A program made the position numbers and the translations under genes. From an uncultured delta proteobacterium (GTDB lineage Bacteria > Desulfobacterota > Binatia > JACPRU01), in assembly GCA_963790365.1 (NCBI GenBank), contig CAWBOU010000047.1, forward strand, positions 71,429 through 135,428: 64,000 bases of DNA. Direction: 5' to 3'. The notes under the pieces were generated by a model. The model had not been told where the DNA came from and searched no databases. It saw nothing but the letters and a program-made list of their open reading frames with translations. Positions 46,463 to 55,714 of this stretch are shown piece by piece; positions within the stretch are counted from its first letter, which is position 1, and each line of letters opens with the position of its first letter.

Positions 46463-49400
46463 TCACGACCAGGCGATGACTTGCTCCTGCTTCTCGACGA
46501 ACGGCACGCCGATCTTTTCGATCCAGCCGCGCGGCGGGTCCGCGCCGATGAGCGCGAAGACGTGCACGCAGTCGAGCGTGCGCGGCCCGGCGGCGAGCTT
46601 CAGCACGGCACCCTCGGCGCGCAGCTCGGTCACCGACGACTCCCAGACGATCTCGATCCGGCCGGCCTTCGAGAGCTCCTCGATCTGCTCGAGATTCCGC
46701 TTCTTCACGCGCGCAAACGCGTTCTTGCGGTAGGAGAGCCAGACGGTCGTGCCCTCCGCCTTGCCGAGCGCGACGGCCGCCTCGATCGCGCTGTCGCCGC
46801 CGCCGACGACGAGCACCTTCTTGCCCTTCCAATCCCCGGCGTCGATCAGGTTGTAGGAGACGAGGCCCGCCTCTTCGCCCGTGCAGCCCAGACGACGCGG
46901 GTTCCCGCGCGTGCCGATCGCGAGCACCACGTTCGCGGCGGTGTACTCGCCCTTCGCGGTCTTCACCTTGAGGAGCTCGCCCTCGCGGCGGATCTCGCTC
47001 ACTTCCTCGTGCTGCTGCACCTCGAGGCCGGTCGCCTTCACGACCGCTTCCCACACCGCGATCAGCTCGTCCTTCTCGGCGTCCATCATGGGAAGCTTGC
47101 CGTAGAGCGGAACCTTCACGGGCTCGGCGAGCACCGCCTTGTCGCGCGGGTACGCGCGGATCGTGCTCGCGACCGTGTCGCGCTCGAGGACGAGGTAGCG
47201 GAGACCCGTGGCCTTCGCCTCGAGGCCGGCGCCGAGGCCGGCGGGCCCGGCGCCGACGACGATCACGTCGTAGTGCGGCGCAGCGACTCGCTTCTTCTTG
47301 TCCTTGATGTACCGCACGACGTCGGTGCCCTGGTTCACCGCCGATTTGATCAGCGCGGCACCGATCACCTCGCCAACGAAGAAGAGGCCCGGCATCGGCT
47401 TCGCCTCGAGGTGGTCGTCCGTGTCCGGCCGCTCGACCGTGCGCACCAGCGGCGCGGTGCTGACGCGGATCGCACCCGTCGGACAGCCCTGCTCGCAAAC
47501 CGCGCAGCCTTCGAGCGCGATGCAGCTGTCGGGATTGACGACGGTCGACTTGCCGTGGTCGTCGCCCGCGAGCACCTGCTTCGGGCACGAGTTGTAGCAG
47601 CTGCTGCACGAGATGCAGGCTTCGACGTCGACCGTCGGGAAGGGCATGACCTCGCCCTTCGGAGTGTCTCCCTCGGGCGGCGCTCCGGCCGGCGCCTGGC
47701 CCGGCCCGGCCGCGGCCTGCTCCGGCTCGAGATAGCGCCGCGCGACGCGCATGTCCGTGTAGAGGTAGGCGAAGCCGCCGAGGATGAGCGTCGCGAGCCC
47801 GATCAAGAAGCGATCGAAGCCGCGTGCGGGCGGGGCCGCGGCCGCGGCGGTCTCGCCGCCGTCGAAGCTGTGGTGCGAGCGATGGCAATCGAGGCACGCG
47901 ACCGTCGCCTTCTTCTCCTCGTGGCAGGTCACGCACGCGTCCATCGTCATCACGTAGACGTCGGGCGAGCGGAACACGCTCGCGTACGTCCCCTCCTCCC
48001 ACACCGGCGCGTGGCAGCTCTGGCAGAGCTCCTCGCCATGATCGCGATGCGCGAACCGCGTCCACGCGAACGCGCTCGGCGGGAGCTCCTGCATCTCCCC
48101 GTCCTCGCGCGTGTGGCATTCGAGACAATCCGGGCCCTTCTTCTGCTGCGCGACCTTCTCGTCCGCCGAGACGGCCTTCTCGTGGCACTCGATGCACTGT
48201 GCGTGGCCGGGCATCGCGAACGTGCGGCCGTCGTCCACGTTCGCGTGGCAGCCCGTGCAGTTGTCGAACCTCGCCTCCCCTTTCGTTTCCGCATCGTGAG
48301 CCGCGTGCGCGAAGCGGAGACCGATCTCGACCTTGCGGAACGGCTCGGCGAGCTTGGCGATCGCGGCGGTGCCGCCGGCGACCGTGGCCGCCGCGCGCAT
48401 CGGCCGCGCGTCGAAGTCGCGCGGCTCGTCGCGCCCGAGGTGGCAGCTCCAGCAGACGTCCTTGCCGCCGGCGATCGGGAAATTCCGGCCGCGATGGTCG
48501 GTGTGGCAATCGAGGCAGTTGTCCTGGATACCTGGTTCGTTCGCGAGCGCGCTCGCGTGGCAGTCCGCGGTGACGCAGCTGCCACTCATCGCGAGCTGCG
48601 TCTGACGAGTGCCGATGCCCTCGAAGCCGGCGTGGCAGCTGCCGCACTTCTCGCGCGACTCGAGCTCGGCATGCTCGGCGTGGAGCGGCCCGGCCGAGAG
48701 CAGCGCCGGATACTGCATGCTGAAGCCGAGCGAGACGATCGCGGCGAGGAGCATCATGCCGAGGCTCGCCCACTGTCGCGGCGTGCCGGGCACGCGCACC
48801 GGGCGAAGGCTCACGCCCTTCATGATGCGGCTGATCCGCTGCTTCGCCTCGGCGCTCTTCGCGAGCTCCGGGATCGGCTCCGCCTTCTTGCCCTTGCCCT
48901 TCGCGGCCGGCGCTTCCCCACCCGCGGCCGGTGGCGCGGCGGAAGGCGGTGCGGCAGGAGGCGGCGGAGCCGCGGCCACCGCGCCGATGCGCGTGAGCTG
49001 CGTGCCCTCCTCGACCGCGGACGCGACGCCGGCTCCGCCGAGCTCCACCGCGACGCGCGCATCGCCGAGCCGGAGCTCCTCGCCGCCGCGAAGCGGAAGC
49101 GACTGCACGCGCTCCGTGGAATCGCCGACGAACGTGCCGTTCCGGCTGCCGATGTCCTTCAGGACCCAGCCATCCGGCGTGCGCAGGACCGTGCAGTGAT
49201 TCCCCGAGACCGAGGGATCGTCGATCCGGAGCATCGCGGCCGAGCTGCGGCCGATCGTCACCTCTTGCGTGCCGGCCGGGACCTCGAGCACGCTGCCGGA
49301 CGCGAGGATGCGGAAGCGGAGCACGGGCGGGGCGTCGGCCGCCGGCACTGCGTCGGTGGCGGGCAGCGGCGCATCCGCCGGAGCCGCCTCGGCTTCAGCC

Positions 49401-50164
49401 TCGCGCGGGCGGATCGCGGTGAGCGATGGCATCGAGAGCGCGAACGTGGACTCGCCCACCTTGATCGCGAACGTCTGCTCGGAGGCCTCGACCTTGGCGC
49501 CGCCGCCCATCTCGACGCGGATCTGAGTGCCGCCGCCGAGCCGCACGATGTCTCCATGCGCGAGAACGCCGTGGTAGATCCTTTGCGGAGGCGTGCCGAC
49601 GTAGATGCCGTTTCGGCTGTTCTCGTCGTAGATCGCGTAGCCGCCCTTCTCGCGCTTGATCGTCGCGTGAAGGCGCGAGAGCGACGGGTCGTTCAGCGGC
49701 ACGTCGTTCGTCGGCAGCCGCCCGAGCGTGATCTTCTCCTTCGGCGGCGAGAAGACCTGGCCGCGATCCGGCCCGGAGACGACCGTGAGCACGATCGGCA
49801 GGTCCGACGGCAGCTGCGCGATGACGGTCGCGCCTTCGGCCTTCACGGCCGCGGCCTGCCCGGCGAGGATCGCGACGCGGAGGCGCGCCTTGCCGACGAG
49901 AATCGTCTCGCCGTCGGCGAGCCGCCGGCGCTTCACCCGATCCTGCGAGCCCTCGACGAACGTGCCGTTCCGACTCTCGAGATCGACGAGCGCGAAGCCG
50001 TCGCCGTCGCGCTCGATCGCGGCGTGCTTGCGCGAGATCTGATCGTCGTCGAGCTCGACGTCGGCTTCGACACGCCCGATCGTGAGCCGCTCACCACGCA
50101 GCTCGAACTCATGCCGTTTCTTTTCAGCATCGAACCAGGCGAGCTTCAGTCGCGTCGAAGGCAT
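46463..50164 (-). CDS. 3x FHA, TM, about 10-haem cytochrome c domain, TM, 2x[4Fe-4S] ferredoxin, FAD/NAD(P)-binding oxidoreductase fusion protein (1233 aa)
   Basis: Uninterrupted ORF. FHA patterns at aa 25-95, 143-215 and 300-372. Hydrophobic helices at aa 465-483 and 785-802. Nine CxxCH plus CVTADCH between them. CISCSSCYNSCP and CIALEGCAVCEQGCP. VIVVGAGPAGLGAGLEA and VLVVGGGDSAIEAA. Confidence 0.9.
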   Translation of the reverse strand: MPSTRLKLAWFDAEKKRHEFELRGERLTIGRVEADVELDDDQISRKHAAIERDGDGFALVDLESRNGTFVEGSQDRVKRRRLADGETILVGKARLRVAILAGQAAAVKAEGATVIAQLPSDLPIVLTVVSGPDRGQVFSPPKEKITLGRLPTNDVPLNDPSLSRLHATIKREKGGYAIYDENSRNGIYVGTPPQRIYHGVLAHGDIVRLGGGTQIRVEMGGGAKVEASEQTFAIKVGESTFALSMPSLTAIRPREAEAEAAPADAPLPATDAVPAADAPPVLRFRILASGSVLEVPAGTQEVTIGRSSAAMLRIDDPSVSGNHCTVLRTPDGWVLKDIGSRNGTFVGDSTERVQSLPLRGGEELRLGDARVAVELGGAGVASAVEEGTQLTRIGAVAAAPPPPAAPPSAAPPAAGGEAPAAKGKGKKAEPIPELAKSAEAKQRISRIMKGVSLRPVRVPGTPRQWASLGMMLLAAIVSLGFSMQYPALLSAGPLHAEHAELESREKCGSCHAGFEGIGTRQTQLAMSGSCVTADCHASALANEPGIQDNCLDCHTDHRGRNFPIAGGKDVCWSCHLGRDEPRDFDARPMRAAATVAGGTAAIAKLAEPFRKVEIGLRFAHAAHDAETKGEARFDNCTGCHANVDDGRTFAMPGHAQCIECHEKAVSADEKVAQQKKGPDCLECHTREDGEMQELPPSAFAWTRFAHRDHGEELCQSCHAPVWEEGTYASVFRSPDVYVMTMDACVTCHEEKKATVACLDCHRSHHSFDGGETAAAAAPPARGFDRFLIGLATLILGGFAYLYTDMRVARRYLEPEQAAAGPGQAPAGAPPEGDTPKGEVMPFPTVDVEACISCSSCYNSCPKQVLAGDDHGKSTVVNPDSCIALEGCAVCEQGCPTGAIRVSTAPLVRTVERPDTDDHLEAKPMPGLFFVGEVIGAALIKSAVNQGTDVVRYIKDKKKRVAAPHYDVIVVGAGPAGLGAGLEAKATGLRYLVLERDTVASTIRAYPRDKAVLAEPVKVPLYGKLPMMDAEKDELIAVWEAVVKATGLEVQQHEEVSEIRREGELLKVKTAKGEYTAANVVLAIGTRGNPRRLGCTGEEAGLVSYNLIDAGDWKGKKVLVVGGGDSAIEAAVALGKAEGTTVWLSYRKNAFARVKKRNLEQIEELSKAGRIEIVWESSVTELRAEGAVLKLAAGPRTLDCVHVFALIGADPPRGWIEKIGVPFVEKQEQVIAWS

Positions 50165-50174
50165 CGTCGGAATC

Positions 50175-51245
50175 TCAGTAGTAGAAGACCGACACGATGT
50201 GGATCAGCGAAAACGCCGCGAGCCCCGCGGAGAGCGGAATGTGCGCGGTGAGCCACACCTTCAGCAGGTAGTCGTATCGCAGCTGCGGATAGAGCGAGAC
50301 TTCGAGCTTCTCCTTGTCGAAGACGAGCCGCATCGCCTTGCGGAAGTCCTCCTGCTCGCCGGCAGGGATCTCCTTGACGATCAGCCGCAGGCGATCCGGC
50401 CGGCTCGTGTCGCGCTCGAGCGTCGCCGGGCCCCAGATCCAGGGGAGCGACGGCTTCATCGCGATGCCCGGAATCGACATCTCGACGTCGTACACGCGGC
50501 GGAACGCGTCGGACTTCCCGGTCGCGAGACCCTTCAGCTCTTCGAGGACCTGCTTCAGCTCGTCCCGCAGCTCCTCCGGCGACCGCGCCGCCTTCTCCTC
50601 GATCTCCGTGAGCCTCGGCGGGATGCGGCGGTAGAGGACCACACCGAGGAGCCCGGTCAGCACGACGGCGACGAGCAGCACGAAGGCGATCGCGGCGATC
50701 GGGTTCGCGAAGCGGAAGCCCGCGTGAAGGAGGATCAGCACGACGGCGAGCACGCCGAGCGCGAGATGCCACTCGTACCAGACCTGCAGACGCCCGCCCC
50801 ACTCGCGCCGCTCGAAGACGAGCCGCGGCGCGCCGCTGCTCGTCTTCAGGAGGCGCACGCGGATCGTCCTCGTCACCTTGTGGCGCTTCAGGATCTTCTT
50901 CACCTCGCTCCGGAGCTGCCGCAGGTCCTGCTTCGGATTCTGCATCAGCGAGCGCTCGACGCCGCGAAGGTCGTTCTGCGCCTTGCGCTCGCGGCTCACG
51001 AGGTCCCTGCGCTTCTCCGCGTCGATGAGGATCGGCCGGCTCGCGCGCTCGATCTGCCGACGCCGCCATCCGTAGAGACCGGCGACGATCATCGCGAGCG
51101 TGCCGAAGATGCCGAGCCACACGCCCGTCGCCGAGCGGCCGGAAGGCGCGAGCGGACGAACCGAGGCGTCCTGCGTGTACCAGATGGCGCACGCGATCGC
51201 GGCGAGCACCGCGATCGACACCACTCGCAACCTGAGAGCGCTCAC
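50175..51245 (-). CDS. 5-TM membrane protein with two H-x13-H helices (candidate dihaem b-type cytochrome)
   Basis: 356 aa. Helices around aa 8-24, 41-60, 160-177, 183-205 and 331-353. His160/His174 and His335/His349 are each spaced by 13 residues inside helices. Starts 4 nt after the upstream stop. Confidence 0.75.
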   Translation of the reverse strand: MSALRLRVVSIAVLAAIACAIWYTQDASVRPLAPSGRSATGVWLGIFGTLAMIVAGLYGWRRRQIERASRPILIDAEKRRDLVSRERKAQNDLRGVERSLMQNPKQDLRQLRSEVKKILKRHKVTRTIRVRLLKTSSGAPRLVFERREWGGRLQVWYEWHLALGVLAVVLILLHAGFRFANPIAAIAFVLLVAVVLTGLLGVVLYRRIPPRLTEIEEKAARSPEELRDELKQVLEELKGLATGKSDAFRRVYDVEMSIPGIAMKPSLPWIWGPATLERDTSRPDRLRLIVKEIPAGEQEDFRKAMRLVFDKEKLEVSLYPQLRYDYLLKVWLTAHIPLSAGLAAFSLIHIVSVFYY

Positions 51246-51249
51246 GCCG

Positions 51250-52794
51250 CTACTCCCGAGCGGAAATGATGCGATCCAGCTCGTCGGCGCGCAGCCGCTG
51301 GATCGCCCCCGTTGGACAGTTGCTCACGCAGGCGGGGAACAGATGTCCCTTGTCGAGATCGCACTTCACGGGGATGCGCTTCAGCTTCGGCCGCTTGTCC
51401 GTCGCTTCCGGGACGTCGGCGCGGCGCCGGCCGTCGCGGCGCAGCACGACGTCGATCAACGAGGGCACCGCCGGCCGATCGATCTCGTCGGTGTCGACCA
51501 TCGTGATGTTCCCGTAGGGACACCGCTGCGCACATCCGCTGCAGCCGATGCAGCTCTCGGTGAAGTAGATGTCACCGTCCTTGTCGCGCTTGATGCCGCC
51601 CGACTTGCAGAGGAGGCACGACGGATCCTGACAGAAGCGGCACGCCGTCGGGATCATCAGCTCTTCGAAGTGCACGCCCTTCCGGATCAGGCGCGAGAAG
51701 CCGTCTTCGTGCGCGGCCGCGCAGGCCTTCACGCAGTTGTCGCAGCGAACGCACGTATCTTCGTTGATCACGATGACGTCGAGGTTCGGCATGACCTCGG
51801 CGCGAAGCTCCATGCGCCTGCCGACGAACGTGACGTTCGCGACCATGTCGGCGTCGAGGCGCCGTACTTGATCGACGGCCCCGGCCTCCGCCGCGGCCGC
51901 GGGATTCGACATCACGATCTCGCGGAACGCCTTGCCCGCGAGGACGAGCGCTTCGACGCGGCCGAGCGCCGTGGCGGTCGCGGAGCGAGGCGCCCCGTTG
52001 AGGACGCCGACGTCACCGAAACAGTCGCCTTCGACGAGATACGAGAGGACCCTCGTTTCGCCGTCGGCCTCGCGCTGGGCGATCTTCACGAAGCCGGTGG
52101 AGATCACGAAGACGTCGTCGGAAGGCTGTCCCTGCTCGAAGATCGTCGCGCCGACCTCGAACGTGCGCGTCGACGCCGCGCGGAGCACGTTCTCGAACTC
52201 CTTCTCGCTCGCCGAGCGCAGCACCGGCACGCGACGCACGAGCGTGCGGATCACCCGGAACACGTACCGCTCCATGATCGCCGCGCGGAAGCTTTCGGTC
52301 GTCGAGACGAGCTCTTGGACGATGAACTGCGGGATCAACATCAAGAGCGCCGGCGTCTTCGTCACGACGCTCGCGAGGTGTGCGTTCATGGAAAGCACAG
52401 AGTGCTCGCCGAAGAACGAGCCTTCGGGAAGATCGTCGACCGGCAGCGCGACGGTGCGATCGATGTCGGCGGAGTAGTTCGTCGACATCCCCGCCTGCCC
52501 GCGCAGGATGAAGAAGAGATGCTCGCCGAAGCTGCCTTCCTGGAAGACGCTCGTGTCGGCCGGAACTTCCCAGAACTCCGCGTGCTCGCCGAGCGCATCG
52601 CCGACGGAAACCTTGACCGGCCCCTTCGCGCCCGGCCGCGTCTCGTACGGCTTGTCGAGCAGGTCCTTGAAGAGCGCGAGGCCTTGGAAGAAGCGCAGCT
52701 TCTCGTCCGCGGAGAGGCTCAGCTGCTTCACCGCCGGCGATCGCGTCAGCGCAAAGCTCGGTCGATGAGCTTCGCTCGACTCCAGGAGTGCCAT
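51250..52794 (-). CDS. two cyclic-nucleotide-binding domains fused to a multi-cluster [4Fe-4S] ferredoxin domain
   Basis: ATG 52794 (MALLESSE..). cNMP-like FQEGSFGEHLFFILRG..FFGEHSVL, and a canonical second domain IFEQGQPSDDVFVISTG..CFGDVGVLNGAPRSATATA. CVRCDNCVKAC, CRFCQDPSCLLC, CIGCSGCAQRCP, ..ACVSNCP. Confidence 0.85.
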   Translation of the reverse strand: MALLESSEAHRPSFALTRSPAVKQLSLSADEKLRFFQGLALFKDLLDKPYETRPGAKGPVKVSVGDALGEHAEFWEVPADTSVFQEGSFGEHLFFILRGQAGMSTNYSADIDRTVALPVDDLPEGSFFGEHSVLSMNAHLASVVTKTPALLMLIPQFIVQELVSTTESFRAAIMERYVFRVIRTLVRRVPVLRSASEKEFENVLRAASTRTFEVGATIFEQGQPSDDVFVISTGFVKIAQREADGETRVLSYLVEGDCFGDVGVLNGAPRSATATALGRVEALVLAGKAFREIVMSNPAAAAEAGAVDQVRRLDADMVANVTFVGRRMELRAEVMPNLDVIVINEDTCVRCDNCVKACAAAHEDGFSRLIRKGVHFEELMIPTACRFCQDPSCLLCKSGGIKRDKDGDIYFTESCIGCSGCAQRCPYGNITMVDTDEIDRPAVPSLIDVVLRRDGRRRADVPEATDKRPKLKRIPVKCDLDKGHLFPACVSNCPTGAIQRLRADELDRIISARE

Positions 52795-52843
52795 GAGATG
52801 GGACCGTCTACCCGACTGCGACGCGCGACGGCAAGGAGCGCGG

Positions 52844-53626
52844 ATGTCAGTGCCGCCTCTCATCTGCTATGGGGCGCCCGTGGCTGCCCCCTCGCCCATC
52901 GACGACGCGCTCCGTCCCGTCGGCGAGCTCGCGGCCGGTTACGTCGACGACGGCATGCGCGTCGGCCTCGGAACCGGACGCGCCGCGTCGGCGTTCGTTC
53001 ACGCGCTCGCGCTGCGCGCGCGTGAGGGGCTCGACGTCGTCGGCGTGCCGACGTCCGAAGCGACGCGACGACTCGCCGAATCTCTGGGGCTCCGCGTCAC
53101 GGAGCTCGACGGCGTCGGCGAGCTCGATCTCACCGTCGACGGCGCGGACGAGGTCGATCCCCATCTCGATCTGATCAAGGGGCTCGGCGGCGCCCTCGTG
53201 CGCGAGAAGATCGTCGCGGCTTCGTCGGCCCGGCTCGTGATCGTCGTCGGCGGCGAAAAGCTCGTCTCTCGCCTCGGCGTGAAGACGCCGGTGCCGGTCG
53301 AGATCGTGCAGTTTTCCCGGCCGCTCTGCGAGCGGCTCATTCGCGCGCTCGGCGCCGAGCCGCGCCTGCGGATGACCCCCGCCGATTCGAAAGCGCCGTA
53401 CGTCACCGACAACGGAAACTTCATCTTGGATTGCCACTTCGCCGGCATCGACCATCCCCGCGCTCTGGAAGTCGCGCTGCGGGAGATCCCGGGGGTCGTC
53501 GGCACCGGCCTGTTCCTGAACATGGCGGAGCGGGTTCTCGTGCAGGAAGGCAACACGGTGCGCGTCCTCATGGCGCAACCGTCGCAGAGCGGAGCGACCT
53601 TGCATCCGATCGGGAAAGGGAAATAG
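52844..53626 (+). CDS. rpiA: ribose-5-phosphate isomerase A
   Basis: ATG 52844. [46 protein letters not shown]. Confidence 0.9.
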   Translation: MSVPPLICYGAPVAAPSPIDDALRPVGELAAGYVDDGMRVGLGTGRAASAFVHALALRAREGLDVVGVPTSEATRRLAESLGLRVTELDGVGELDLTVDGADEVDPHLDLIKGLGGALVREKIVAASSARLVIVVGGEKLVSRLGVKTPVPVEIVQFSRPLCERLIRALGAEPRLRMTPADSKAPYVTDNGNFILDCHFAGIDHPRALEVALREIPGVVGTGLFLNMAERVLVQEGNTVRVLMAQPSQSGATLHPIGKGK

Positions 53627-53636
53627 GCCTGCGACG

Positions 53637-55688
53637 ATGACCGCCGAACAGCTCGATCAGCTCGCGATCAACACGATTCGCTTCCTTTCGGCGGACGCCG
53701 TGCAGAAGGCGAACTCCGGTCATCCCGGCCTCCCCATGGGTGGCGCGGCGATGGCCTATGCGCTCTGGACGCGATTCCTTCGCCATTCCCCGACGCAGCC
53801 CGATTGGCCGGATCGCGACCGCTTCATCCTCTCCGGCGGCCACGGCTCGATGCTCCTCTACTCCCTCCTCCATCTCACCGGCTACGACCTGCCGATGGAG
53901 GAGATCCAGTCGTTCCGGCAGTGGAAGAGCCGGACGCCCGGCCACCCCGAATCGCACATCACGAAGGGCGTGGAGGCGACCACGGGCCCGCTCGGCCAGG
54001 GTCTTTCGAACGCGGTCGGCTTCGCGATCGGCGAGGCGCACCTCGCCGCCAGCTTCAATCGCCCCGGGCACGCGATCGTCGATCATCGCACCTGGGTGAT
54101 CGCGAGCGACGGCGACGTCATGGAGGGCGTCGCCTCCGAAGCCTGCTCGCTCGCCGGGCACCTTCGCCTCGGCAAGCTGAACGTCCTCTACGACGACAAC
54201 CAGATCTCGCTCGCGGGCACGACGTCGCTCTCGTTCAGTGAAGACGTCGGCAAGCGCTTCGAGGCGTACGGCTGGCACGTGCAGCACGTCGCCGACGGCA
54301 ACGACCTCGAGGCGGTCGACCGAGCCTGCAAGCGAGCGCTCGAGGCGACCGACCGGCCGTCGATCATCTGCGTCCGGACGATCATCGGCTACGGCGCGCC
54401 GCACAAGGCGAACACGTTCGAGGCGCACGGCTCGCCGCTCGGTCCCGACGAGCTGAAGGCCGCGAAGGAGAATCTCGGCTGGCCGCTCGAGCCCGCGTTC
54501 CTCGAGCCGCCCGAGGCGCTCGCGAAATTCCGCGCGTCGGTGGAAGCCGGCAAGCTGCTCGTCGCCGAGTGGACGAAGCGCTTCGACGCGTATCGCCAGG
54601 CGCATCCCGATCTCGCCGCGGAATTCGAGCGCCGCATGGCGGGCAAGCTGCCGGACGGCTGGGACGCCGAGATTCCGACGTTCCCCGCCGACGAGAAGGG
54701 GCTCGCGACACGGAAAGCTTCCGAAGCGGTGATCCAAGGGCTCGCGAAGAAGCTCCCCGAGCTCTTCGGGGGCTCGGCCGATCTCAACCCCTCGACGTTC
54801 ACGTGGATCAAAGGCGCAGGCGACTTCGAGAGCCCGGCCGCGTCGAAAGACGGCGCGCAGGGTGCGGTCGGCGGCCCGTGGGGCTACGACGGACGGAACC
54901 TCCATTTCGGCGTCCGCGAGCACGGGATGGGCTCCGCGGTGAACGGCCTCGCGTATCACGGCGGCTTCATCCCCTACGGCTCCACCTTTCTGATTTTCTC
55001 CGACTACATGCGCGCCGCGATCCGGCTGTCCGCGCTCTGCGAGCTCGGCTCGCTCTGGATCTTCACGCACGATTCGATCGGCCTCGGCGAGGACGGGCCG
55101 ACGCACCAGGCGGTCGAGCACTATGCCGCGCTGCGCGCGATCCCGGGCCTCCTCTTCATCCGTCCGGGCGACGCGAACGAGACGGCCGTCGCGTATCGCG
55201 CCGCGATCGAGAATCGCCATCGCCCGACGGTCTTCGCGCTCACGCGCCAGAACGTGCCGACGCTCGACCGCACGAAGTTCGCCTCGGCGGACGGGGTGCG
55301 GAAAGGCGCGTACGTGCTGAACCCCGACGTAACGAACCCCGAGGCGATCTTGATGGCGACCGGCTCCGAGATAGGGCTGATCGTCACGGCCGGTGAGACG
55401 CTCGCGAAGAAGGGCGCCCGCGTGCGGCTCGTGTCGATGCCGTGCTGGGAGCTCTTCGCCGAGCAGCCGGACGGCTATCGCGAGAGCGTCCTCCCCGCCG
55501 GCGTGAAGCGCCGCCTCGCGGTCGAGAGCGGCGTGTCGCTCGGCTGGCATCGCTGGGTCGGCGACGCGGGCGAGCTCGTCACGCTCGAGCGCTTCGGCGC
55601 CTCGGCCCCCGCCCCGCGCCTGATGAAGGAATTCGGATTCACGACGGAGAACGTCGTCGCCCGCGCCGAGAAGCTGCTCGGCCGCTAG
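53637..55688 (+). CDS. tkt: transketolase
   Basis: 683 aa. [57 protein letters not shown]. Confidence 0.95.
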   Translation: MTAEQLDQLAINTIRFLSADAVQKANSGHPGLPMGGAAMAYALWTRFLRHSPTQPDWPDRDRFILSGGHGSMLLYSLLHLTGYDLPMEEIQSFRQWKSRTPGHPESHITKGVEATTGPLGQGLSNAVGFAIGEAHLAASFNRPGHAIVDHRTWVIASDGDVMEGVASEACSLAGHLRLGKLNVLYDDNQISLAGTTSLSFSEDVGKRFEAYGWHVQHVADGNDLEAVDRACKRALEATDRPSIICVRTIIGYGAPHKANTFEAHGSPLGPDELKAAKENLGWPLEPAFLEPPEALAKFRASVEAGKLLVAEWTKRFDAYRQAHPDLAAEFERRMAGKLPDGWDAEIPTFPADEKGLATRKASEAVIQGLAKKLPELFGGSADLNPSTFTWIKGAGDFESPAASKDGAQGAVGGPWGYDGRNLHFGVREHGMGSAVNGLAYHGGFIPYGSTFLIFSDYMRAAIRLSALCELGSLWIFTHDSIGLGEDGPTHQAVEHYAALRAIPGLLFIRPGDANETAVAYRAAIENRHRPTVFALTRQNVPTLDRTKFASADGVRKGAYVLNPDVTNPEAILMATGSEIGLIVTAGETLAKKGARVRLVSMPCWELFAEQPDGYRESVLPAGVKRRLAVESGVSLGWHRWVGDAGELVTLERFGASAPAPRLMKEFGFTTENVVARAEKLLGR

Positions 55689-55714
55689 ATTTCTCGACGA
55701 AACGGAGATCGCGC

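Noticed and set aside
46172-50251. 1359-aa plus-strand ORF, the longest in the track, together with 46338..48773 (minus) and other long ORFs overlapping the FHA-cytochrome gene
   Set aside because: Composition is dominated by R/A/G/D/L/P with no recognisable motif. This is typical of an off-frame or antisense reading of very GC-rich coding DNA. The minus-strand frame 46463..50164 carries dense, ordered domain motifs.
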